Source: Octopus sinensis (Eukaryota). Taken from it: 64,000 nt of DNA. Shown here in pieces: positions 13,133 through 24,743 of the stretch. The position numbers and the translations under genes are program-made. The stretch spans positions 116,746,001 to 116,810,000 of the forward strand of contig NC_042998.1 of the NCBI RefSeq assembly GCF_006345805.1, written 5' to 3'. Below the pieces are notes generated by a model that had not been told where the DNA came from, made no database searches, and worked only from the letters and a program-made list of their open reading frames with translations. Each line of letters opens with the position of its first letter. Position 1 is the stretch's first letter.

Positions 13133-14505
13133 CATTTATATGAGTGGAAAGTGTGCTTCTGCCAATGCTTAGATTTATGGGATTTTTCTATTAGTGTGTT
13201 TACCAAGGGGAACTTGGCGAAAAGGATATAGAAGAGTTCAGAATTACAAATGTCACAATATTTCCTCCCCTTATCAAAAGGAATGGATACAGACAATATG
13301 GACCAATCCAGCTTGAAAGTTATATTGTTGTCCTTAAGAGGCCAAACTAATTTACTTAGCCCTGTACTTTGTTGTTTTCTCTTATCTCGGAAAGTTGAAT
13401 AATGATTGGAAATTGGGACAATTGGGAAGTTGTCGCACCAATATAGAAGAAGACATCGGTACCGGAAGAAATTTTATACTGGTAAATGGAATTTTTAATT
13501 TTGGAATTACTGGACAAGAACTTTAATCTGTTAGGGTTTTCCTCCGAGATCAAGACGGAGTTTTTATTGTTATGATTGCTGTTTATATTACTGCTAGCAT
13601 TAACCACTACACTATTTCTATTATTGTTATTATTATTAATTGTACTATAACCGGCAATATCCCTGACAATAGAAATGTTGTTGTTGTTACTATCAACACT
13701 ACCAGTGTTATTAACCCGACTATTGCTATTATTAATATTATCATTGCTAACACTAACGCTGCTACGAATGTTGCTACTATCAATACTATTTCTATTATTA
13801 TTATTGTATGTTTGTTTGGAATTGGTAAGAATGGTGTTGGAACTCCCGGGTGAAGAATCTTTGTTTAGCAGCTTGTTATTATGGGAAGCAATAATTTGCG
13901 AAATATTTCTAGTGTTGGAGAAAGCAACTCTTACCTTATGTGAATTGATAATAGAATAATACCTGGAATTCCTGGGAAAGTTCCTAGCCACGGCTTCAGG
14001 GAACTGTAAAGGAAGGTTCGATTTGATTTGTGTTCCGAAAGGTATAACAAACCAGATATAGTTTTTTGTGGACTTAGAATTGCTCATAGCGTTACTAGTT
14101 ACCTTATGTGAATTGATAATAGAATAATACCTGGAATTCCTGGGAAAGTTCCTAGCCACGGCTTCAGGGAACTGTAAAGGAAGGTTCGATTTGATTTGTG
14201 TTCCGAAAGGTATAACAAACCAGATATAGTTTTTTGTGGACTTAGAATTGCTCATAGCGTTACTAGTGACAGTAAAGGGAACATTTCTATGCTGGAAATT
14301 TGGGGTTGGGTGTCGATTGCCTCCCTTGGTCCGTAAATTATTTCTCTTATGTACAGGGGTGCCGACGTTGTTAGAACTGAAATCATTATTCTCACTAGTT
14401 CTATTGTTACTAGTTTTCTTATCCTGAGGAGTATATATTGGTTTAGAATGGGCTGGGTCGATGTGTGATACTTTATCTCTATAAGAGGCTTTTGACAAGG
14501 TGGCG
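13133..14505 (-). pseudogene. PLE ORF C-terminal remnant: post-RT linker and GIY-YIG endonuclease, no RT domain
   Basis: NYIWFVIPFGTQIKSN...RNFPRNSRYYSIINSHKVRVAFSNTRNISQIIASHNNKLL (PLE 'IWFNPP...VKVSYS...IASHN' block), SIYQYKI...FYIGATT (GIY-YIG), and after a frameshift DWSILSVSIPFDKGRKYCDICNSELFYI (C-terminal CxxC). Asn-rich low-complexity insert. Confidence 0.85.
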
Positions 14506-14663
14506 CTATATTTTTAGAACTTCCTCCTTCCAACCAATTTTGACGTCATTGCTTATAACGGATTATAAAAAAAAAAACACTCATTATCATTATCACAGTG
14601 GACACCATGTAGGCAGTCATCAAAATTTTTTTGTTCGTCTTGAGGCTGATAGAGGTTCTTTGT

Positions 14664-14746
14664 CTTTCCTGATGAGAAGACGGCATAATGCACCCTTTAT
14701 TCCTTCGGAATTAAGAGTATACAGTCTTCGAAACATGTGTTGAGAG
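14664..14746 (+). ncRNA. Minimal Type I hammerhead ribozyme
   Basis: Helix I CUUUC(14664-68)/GAGAG(14742-46); core CUGAUGA(14669-75); helix II GAAGAC(14676-81)/GUCUUC(14724-29) closing a further internal hairpin; GAAAC(14730-34); loop AUGU; cleavage triplet GUU(14739-41). Confidence 0.85.
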
Positions 14747-14940
14747 TAAAGGAATTTTGTTAAAATCTTCGTTCGACTCCATTCTTTCATTCATTCATAT
14801 AAAGAAAACACATAAATTTCCACACAAGAACACGGGGTTTCTGCTCTTGGCATGTAGCTTCAACCGTGCTTTCTGACGTGAATTTGCTACCCAGGTATCG
14901 ATTACCCGAATTATCCATACTAGGATAATCCATTCACCTA

Positions 14941-15002
<62 letters not shown>

Positions 15003-16249
15003 ATAGAAAAAGAAATGAAGAAATTGCCTTGTTAAAATGTATGGAATTTACAGATGCAAATGCGGTAATTTCTTTTCAAAAACAACTATTGCAGAGAAAT
15101 GAAATATCTATGTTATGAACCATTTTCGCGTTTTTAACAAGACTTGTCATTTCGAGATTTTGTAAGTAAATGTTGTTGAAGATTTTAGTACGGTTTCGTG
15201 AATTGAAGTTGAAGTAACAGGGGTGGTAATAAAGTTACATTATTAATATTTACAGAGAAGTTATAGCACAGAATATAAACGTTTTTATTTAGTAAAATTA
15301 AGAATAAATTATCTAAATCTGTATATTTAAGCGCGTTTGAAAATCGCAATTAATGCAGATCTATTTTATTTATCCACCGCTCCGCAGATATTGTGTTACA
15401 AACAGCGATATACAATATCAGTTGGGCGATTAAAAAACGAGTGGAAAGGGTCCAGGTAAATCAGTTAAAGTGAACTACTTGAAGCAGGGTCTGTTGTAGC
15501 AGAGTTAGAAAAGGGAAAATAGAGAACGAGAAGTGAAGCATTTTATCCAACCTTCATTCTTGGGACACAATCAGTTTGGCGTGCGAGTGAGTGTGAATGC
15601 GTACAGTAAATGCCTGTGAGCATTTATGTGTGCACAAAATCGCGAGCTAACCAATATTGATTGTCACTGCGTGAATCATTTTACCATTCCTGCATTGGTT
15701 TAAATTATGAACAGTGTCTGAAACTATACCATCCTGTCTTTAGCTGTCTTCGTATATTACAGCTGGGAGTCTGTCCTTTAGATTGTTCTAATAGTTAGCC
15801 GTGTGTAGTCTGTGTATGGAGGGGCGTATTTGTGTTTCTGTGTGAGTGTGTGTGTGGGCGGGCGTATATGTTATGCGGATATGTATTTACGTACGGGTTT
15901 ATTGTTCGTGTAGAAAGCTACGAAATTCTGAGATTTTCTCGATTTCCTGTAATTCAGAGCGCCTCATGGTCCAGCAACCAAATTGTAAAAGGTATTGAAC
16001 CGGGGAATGTCGAAGGAGATGTAATGGATCAGCCACTTTGATTCACGAGGCTCACACTATCCATTCGTCAGAGAATCATCCGTAGGTTCCAATGGTAAGA
16101 TCGTGATACTGTATTTGTGTGCTTTTGTGTTCGTGTGTGTGAGACACAAGGAGAGAAAGACGGAGAGGTGGAAAAAGAGAAATGTAGAAGAGGCGCGGTG
16201 TTTGTGATTATGGGGTGGAAACTGAGGTGAGTATGCTTTCGATGGAACG

Positions 16250-16371
16250 CATAATTCGATGGCATCAGCAAAACCACATTTTAAAGCAGAGATCCATAAA
16301 TGTAATGTGTATCATTACATTTATGGATCTTTGCTTTAAAATGGGGTTTTGCTTGTGCCATCGAAATTATG
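16250..16371. repeat. Near-perfect 122-bp palindrome (58-bp arms, 5-nt loop)
   Basis: CATAATTCGATGGCATCAGCAAAACCACATTTTAAAGCAGAGATCCATAAATGTAATG - tgtat - reverse complement with a few substitutions and one indel. Confidence 0.95.
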
Positions 16372-16669
16372 TTTACTAGAACGATATGAGGCGGTAATCA
16401 GAGTTAAATAAAATTGGGACAAAATGAAATACACAATGAATTGACACAATCGACAAATGTATTAAAGGCAGTGCTCCGGTACGTCAACATTCCGGTATCT
16501 TAAAGTAATAAAATATGAAATACATTTGTATATGTGTATGCATATATATATGTATGTATGTATGTATGTACCTCTATGTACATGTAAATGCATATATCAA
16601 TCTCTCTTTCCATCTATCTCTTCATTTTCCTCTTTCTCTCTCTATATATATATGTATTCGTATACATAT

Positions 16670-16734
<65 letters not shown>

Positions 16735-16837
16735 TAAACATACACACACATATATGCATATACGGATACATACATATATATACGCACGCATACACATATA
16801 TATGTATGTATATATATATATGTATATATGTATGTAT

Positions 16838-16907
<70 letters not shown>

Positions 16908-17347
16908 ATATATATTATATATATATATATACAGATCGAAATAATATTAATAAATATATATGCAGCTTAGATGAAATTTAACGCAACTACGAACTGAGAA
17001 ACACTCTAGAAACCATAAATTGAAGATACTGCAAAATGAGTATGCAAAAAGAGCAAACATTGACAACTTCTAATGCATAACTTTTTTTTTAAATCTTCAA
17101 CATACAAATACGAAAATAGGAAATGTTGCATGAAATGTATATGTAATTTGTTTCCAATAATTGGATGTCAAATTCTCGGTAAAATTTTTCATAGTTTATT
17201 TATATCCAGAGCACTTACATTAGTAGGTTCGGTGGCGCTTACGTATCAGAGGATTAGATGTTTAGCAGCGAAGGATATGGAATTGCAAAAGCTTTTGCAG
17301 TTGTAATTTACCCTTTATTACGTCTTTTCATAGAAACTCACGCATTC

Positions 17348-17381
<34 letters not shown>

Positions 17382-17754
17382 ATGTGTTTGCGTGTGTATA
17401 TATATATATATACTACTTATACAGGCATACATATACACATGCACAGATGCAGACACAGATATATATATACATATATAGGAATGTACACAGTGTATGCGCA
17501 TGCGCGCTTGAGTTTCTATCTATATGCATTGGATATATTTATACTAAACGCTTTAATCCAAACAATATTCAAAATTATTTTATAAGTATCACGCCATTTT
17601 CATGCATTGAGAAATTCGTTAACTTACCAAGGGAAGCTATACATACACTTTTATAATCATGAACATTTAAAATTGTTGCAAAAGCGTCAAAAATCTCAAA
17701 TGAATATGTGCAATTGTGGCGTATAAAAATTAAATCCTTGCATCTATCTATCTG

Positions 17755-17870
<116 letters not shown>

Positions 17871-19419
17871 GTGTGTGTGTGTGTATGTGTGTGTGTGTGT
17901 GAGTTTGTGTGCGTCCAATCATCACAAATTTGAATATTCATTGCATTTACTGCGGAGCATTCGATTTTCATTTGAAAGGTTTCTCATTTTCCCTTTTAAG
18001 TGTTAATTCGCTATTAATGTATAGGTAATGTAAAAATATTATTTATTGAATGAAGATTTTTTTTTTAATTACGCTTATAATTTTTGAAAGAGAGATACCT
18101 GTGAGAAGAGCCTAAAAATTTGTAATTACTATTAGAAGATGAGGAGAAGAAAAACAAGTTACCGAGCATTACTCGAAACTTACACCTAATTCACAGTCTC
18201 CAAACAACTTCAACAGTGACACGCACACACAAAGACGCCAATACACACTCGGGCACACATAGATACACACACACACAGATGAAAGGCAAGGAATATGTGT
18301 GTGTGTGCGCGCACATGCGTGTTAGCGTTCTGCGTGTATGTGTGTGTGTGTGTGTGTTTGTCTGCTGTTCACTGATAAAACATCGTGCGGCATCAATTTT
18401 GTGAAGTTTTGTCAATGAACAGTCACGGTTTCAAAGTGACGAAAATATTTTGACACAAATGAAGTTTTAATGTCGAAGTGACACTAACGGTACTTGTGTG
18501 TTCTTGAATGGTATACAAACATCTTCCGAGGCTGCTATTGTATTTGTTTCAGCACACGATCTTAGATAAAATCACGTGGTATGCAAGTACATCCACGTTT
18601 AAATCCCTGCCTATAAATACCAGCAATGACCTTGCCAGGCTCTCCAATATTTTAGCTTCTAAACAGAGACAATCGGCAGAGTGTGGGGTTGCCAAAGATT
18701 TATAATTTCTCAAATATTCCTTTTTATAACATATAAATGGTATTTATAGGGAAAATTATTGAAAAACATCAGTACATGCGAGAGTGATAAAGAAATGAGG
18801 AGGGTTGTCTTTGGATGTGTTAGAAAAAACAGCCAAATCGCCACTAAATCACTTTTCCCTTTGAAAATATTAACAGATTTTTTTCATTTTTTCACCGAAA
18901 ATGCTCTTCCCATGGTTTTGAAGTGCAACAAAAATTGGCTGAAATACGTCCGGAGTGGCATGACGAAGGAGGTGTAATAAAAAAAGTTTGCAAACTTTTT
19001 CATACAAAGATGCTCCCCGCATACCCAACCCCATCATTTCGAAGTTGTAATTTTTTTTAAATGGGTAAAATCTCCAAAAATATTTTCTCCACAAATTTCT
19101 TTATAATTGCAATGTATGCCGTTTCAAAAGGATTTAAATAAATTTTCATTAAAAGATATCCATCTTCCTGAAACTTATGAGGGATAAAAGTCAGATTGTA
19201 TGAATTTTCTGAAACTCCTCTCTCCAATCCCTGGAAAAAATTATTTCCTATAAATCCCTATATAATCTGAAGCTACAACATCTAAGCGGTATTTGTAGAA
19301 CATTTTCCTAAAAAGTATCCATTTTCCTGAATGTTATGAGGCAACAAAATTGGGGACGTATACTTCTTTTATTAATACAATTTGTCCATTTCATGTTTAT
19401 TTCATTCATTGTTTGCAAT

Positions 19420-19457
<38 letters not shown>

Positions 19458-19972
19458 TCTAACTCTCTGTTTCCCTCTTTCTGTCATTCACACACACACT
19501 GCAAAGTTTAGAGATGGGCGGCTGAACTGAAATCTCTATGTTGCTTTGAGGGAAAGGTAAATCTTGACAAACTGCTTCGCCCTCTGATGTTGGACTACCG
19601 TGACGTTTGTGTAAAAAACAGATTATGAGTGTGATAAAATAATGAATGCAATATTTACTAAGCATATGAGCACAATTATACAAAGAAATACACGTAAAAT
19701 ATTTTTTTTAATATTAGAAATTTGAATCAAATGTGGAAATATTATCAAAGGGATAGCAAAAATCCATCTGTATGGCAGACTTTCCGCTAGTAGTTAATTG
19801 TCATAGAGAGAATAGCATACATATGTAAGAGAAAATGCGCCACTAGACATTTATAATTCCAGCACCAATGAAACTTAACATGGGCCTAAATTCACAACGA
19901 CACTAAATAGGTTTAATATCTATAAACACAAATGATTTGTGTTTCCATTAAGAACAAACACTTATTCATCCT

Positions 19973-20203
19973 TATTTCTTTATTGCCCACAAGGGGCTAA
20001 ACACAGAGAGGACAAACAAGGACAGACAAACGGATTAAGTCGATTATACCGACCCCAGTGCGTAACTGGTACTTATTTAATCGACCCCGAAAGGACGAAA
20101 GGCAAAGTCGAACTCTGCGGAATTTGAACTCAGAACGTAGCGGCAGACGAAATACCACGAAGCATTTCGCCCGGCGTGCTAACGTTTCTGCCAGCTCGCC
20201 GCC
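19973..20203 (-). mobile_element. tRNA-derived SINE family C, full length, with 19-bp target-site duplication
   Basis: Head GGCGGCGAGCTGGCAGAAACGTTAGCACG...GAGTTCAAATTCC and core GCCTTTCGTCCTTTCGGGGTCGATTAAATAAGTACCAG. TSD ACAAACACTTATTCATCCT at 19954-19972 and 20206-20224. Confidence 0.9.
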
Positions 20204-22037
20204 TTACAAACACTTATTCATCCTATTTGTAATATTAAATATAAATATGCGTCTGCAAACAAGTAACACTCGTATAAACTTAAACACGCACATGTGCACG
20301 CACACACATACATACACACACGTACACACACATACACACACATATTTTATATTACAATCTCTGCCCTCAAACACGTTGTGTAAGTATTTGTTATTAATAT
20401 ATACAATGTTTATGGCTCCATATAACAACATAATGAGTGTCACTGCGGATATCGGACAATATTACGAAGCATTGCTGCTATGATTATGAATAAAAAGAAA
20501 CAAAACCCTAACTACAACATATACTGTCATACCACTGTTTTCCAAACTTTAAGGTATGGTCGAAGGAAAATGTGGCTGCTATTTCGAGCAGCTGGAGAGA
20601 CCACTTAGCGGTTTCGACTTCATTGTGTATTTTTAATTTCTATAACAACATTGACAATTGTGGTTTTCGATTGGCTAAAATTACATAAATTTAAATTATT
20701 GTAATTTCTGTATTATTAATTTCTAGATCAAATGAATGTGATTTTGTTCATCACTAAGCAAAACTACACCTGAACAATATTTTTCAAATATAATGTGGAG
20801 AAAATTGGAAAACTCTTAATGTTATTTGTAGAAATTTAACAATACTCTATTCAACGAACATTCTTTTTTGCTTTTGTGCATTTAAATGTTTCTTTGGAAT
20901 GTTTATTCTGCCTTTAAATTTACAATTCCAATCGTGGATCTGATTGTACCACTCGATTACTTAATGAAATTTACTGTAATACGAGCTTGTTTTACATTTT
21001 AACCTAATTTAATGCCGCTTATTAATTAGGTCAATTAACAAGACAGCTTATTTTTGCATAATTTTACATAAATTTGTGTATGTATATACTATAAATAGGA
21101 AATGAGTGGAATATTTGCATGGTGAGGTTTAACTGCAAACGGTAAGATGCCAAAATTGATCTCAGTGAATTATCCTTACCTAGTATGATATCTTACCATT
21201 TAATATTCGTCTAAGTTTAGTGCGAATTCTTTCCACTCAGAGATGTTTCACACAATGCAGCTTGCACCATACTTATCTACATACCAGTTTGTCAGCTAAT
21301 CTCCTCTTGCTATAACACCCCCGAATCCCACATGACAGACTTAAATGTAAATGCACGTATTGGTGTAATATATGACATGACGTTAGGCTATTTTAAAAAA
21401 GAAACCCGCAAATTTCGTAGTGTTATGTACATAGTGTTGAAAGAAACTCAAGAGAGATCATAATCCAGAATGTAAAGAGAATTAAACACTCCAAGTCACT
21501 TCGACTAGATTTTTAAGTTTTCGGTCATAAAATATTCTGCCTGTTATGTTAATTAGTATTTCCAGTATAACTTAAAGCCTAATTGTTTTTGTTATTAGTA
21601 TGGTCGATGGTATTTTTATATTTGCTTTCAAAGATTCAAAAATAGCAACGGTGATGTAAATAATAGTTTCTAACAGAAATGAGGCGAAACCAGAAATTGT
21701 GAGGAGTTAAGTCAATTAAATTGAATCCACTACTTGTTTCGTGCGCTAATTTATGCTCTTCACTCAGAATGAAGCCAAGGTTGAATTCGTAGGAAAATGC
21801 CAGAGCAAGTAACTTAAGTAATTCTGCCTTCCGCTCCTACGAGTTTGCAAAGTTACTGCTTAATAACATTTTCTTCTAATACAGTGACTCCAGTATTTGA
21901 CTAGTATTTTATTTCATTCACTCCGAAAGAAGAATCTTGGTTTTTTACTTCAGAACACACGAGACCGGACTAAACACAAGAATTTATTTTGATGGAGGAT
22001 ATAACGATTTGGCATATCTATCGGCTTCACCGCCCAG

Positions 22038-22062
22038 TAATAATAATAATAATAATAATAAC

Positions 22063-22097
<35 letters not shown>

Positions 22098-22232
22098 TAA
22101 TAATAATGATGATGATGATGATGATAATAATAATAATAATAATAATGAGGAGGAGGAGGAGGGAGAGGAGGAGGAGGGAGAGGAGGAGGAGGAGAAGAAG
22201 AAGAAGAAGAAGAAGAAGAAGAAGAAGAAGAA
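22038..22232. repeat. Compound trinucleotide microsatellite (AAT)n-(GAT)n-(AAT)n-(GAG)n-(AAG)n
   Basis: Directly visible. It produces the spurious poly-N/D/E/K ORFs in the track. Confidence 0.95.
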
Positions 22233-23342
22233 ATTATAAATAGAATCTATTTGTCGATTCAACAAAAATTTCCCGCCTTCACCATTCTTGTTCTTGTTAA
22301 ACATTTCAACATCAAAATTACGATAGCCACCGGTTCAAATCATGGTAGTAACTACAGTAAAGAGTAAAGTATTAGTTATATTAAGGCAGATATATACTGT
22401 TATAACTTTATTAGCGCCACAGTAAACGTTTAAAATAGTAGGCATATTTCGGATGCACCTTGAACATATATGACTTTGAAAGTTTTGCGTACCACCATGT
22501 GACAGGCGGACAGCATCATATCCTTTCTATGCCCATAAATGACAACAGAGTGCTGTCAATTGATGTAGCAAATGCAGAAAAATTACTAAATCAACAATTA
22601 GCAGTCTGCAAAGTCATACCGATATACCTAATTGGACTTTAACTGATTGAAACTAAAACATTAGTATGACCTTAGAGAATTGACTGATTAACAACCATTT
22701 CAGAAATGGCACTCAGTTATTACCGATATATTTAGCCAGAGTCATATTTCAGAAAATTTATTCACTAAAAACATTGTTTGGGCATTTTTACAAAGCAATT
22801 CTTAACCTTAAACAAGGTTGTTACCTGCGCCCACGATAATCTTAAAAACACGTTAATCATAAACATACACGAGTCATATGGTTGTATACTGTTTGAAAGG
22901 ATTTTTCGATAAGCTTTTATGTTATCTTAAAGACTCCTATACACTCCTAAGAAATAGTTATTTTTTTTTGGGGGGGGGGAGAAGGGAAGATCTTGGTATA
23001 TTTCTTAAACCCCGAGTTATTAAGATAAAAGTAACGGTGTAATTCTAATAATAAAAAAATGATATTATTATTAGTATGTTCTTAGTATTGATATTGATAC
23101 AGTTAGTATTCTTATTGTAAATAATAACAATATACACATAGTTCAGCAAAACATTTTAAAAAATATTTATTGCAATTCCTTTCTTTTATATTACATTCCC
23201 TGTGTCGTATTTCTAATATCTTTTACGCCACCTCTTCTGAGTTATTAACAATATATACACAAATACATGCACCCAAATATTCATACAAGTGCTTATTCGT
23301 ACTTGCATACATAAACTTACACAAATGCAAAAGATACACACG

Positions 23343-23458
<116 letters not shown>

Positions 23459-24704
23459 ATATATATATATATTATATATATATATATACACGCGCATATG
23501 TGAATATACAGTTATGCACACACAAATATATATTTTTTTTTATGGAGAAAAAAATTGCAAGGCAACATTGCATTTTCTAGATGGCTGATACTGGAGAAAG
23601 AAAGTGGGGAAAGAGTTACATGAATATGGTAATAGATGGAAATATAAATTAAGAGGGAGGAAAAATAAAGAGAAAGAGAAAACAAACATCATGTTTGAGT
23701 AATTGCCTACAGTATGCAAAAACATGAATATTCCAAAGTTATGGACATGTAATATGAATCGAGAACAACAGTTAGATGAGAAGTTAAGGAACAAAGATAC
23801 ACCACTTATGAAAATACGCGTCCTCCATAAAACAGATAGCTTAAGCAAGATAGCATGACTAATAACACAGTATTAAGCAGGAGCAGTCAGCAAGTAAAAT
23901 CAAAACCGAAATTAGTTTATCGGATCAAGATTGCTATTATGACATTTTAATGTCATGGTAATGAAAAAAAGAAAGAAAGAAAAAGGAAAAGCTAACAAAA
24001 AAGCAATGATATCCATGAAGCATAATGTTAGCGTTACTATGGTAATATCAATTCACTTAAACGAAAAACAGGTTATTTTCAAGATGCATCTTGTTTTCGC
24101 AAAGAAGTAATTTCTTGATATTCCGCATATATATTCTATCTCCTATGATAATTTTGTCACGTGGCATCACATCTTAGCATTATTATCTTTCTTTTTCACC
24201 TTTTCTTCTTTTATTGTATTTTAATATCTTCAGCCAATATTCTTTCCCAAAATGAATATTTTCTTTGGTGGAAATTTATTTTCGTTTCATACGCCATAAT
24301 ACAATGCATTTATATCATTGTTTGTCTAAAGTTTAGAACCTTGTTCAGGATTAATAATCGATCTATGGCTAGATGAATGCCTACGAAGCATTTCAAATAC
24401 TGCTATTTAAGGACAAATAACCTTAGTAACTATCGTACTGCTGCAAAACTACAACGGAACCGGATGCTGTTGGCGCATATACATATACGTACATAATTTA
24501 GAAAGGAAGAGAAGTGAGGCCCTTGATCCTCTTAAAGATCTCCAAGACTTCGCTAGGGAGTAAGATATCCTTAAATCGAAGTTCTAACACATGTGCTTGC
24601 ACCACAGCAGACATCGCTAAAGGCACAGGAGGTGCAAAGTGGTGGTATTAAAGTCATCGAGGCATTAAATTAACCACTATTGTTTTGATATATATAAATA
24701 TACA

Positions 24705-24743
<39 letters not shown>

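Larger units (their letters stand above)
12468..14791 (-). mobile_element. Penelope-like element (PLE), 5'-truncated, with inverted pseudo-LTRs
   Basis: Minus-strand ORF remnant with PLE linker and GIY-YIG motifs, bounded by ~283-bp inverted repeats at 12468-12750 and 14510-14791 that carry hammerhead motifs. Confidence 0.9.
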
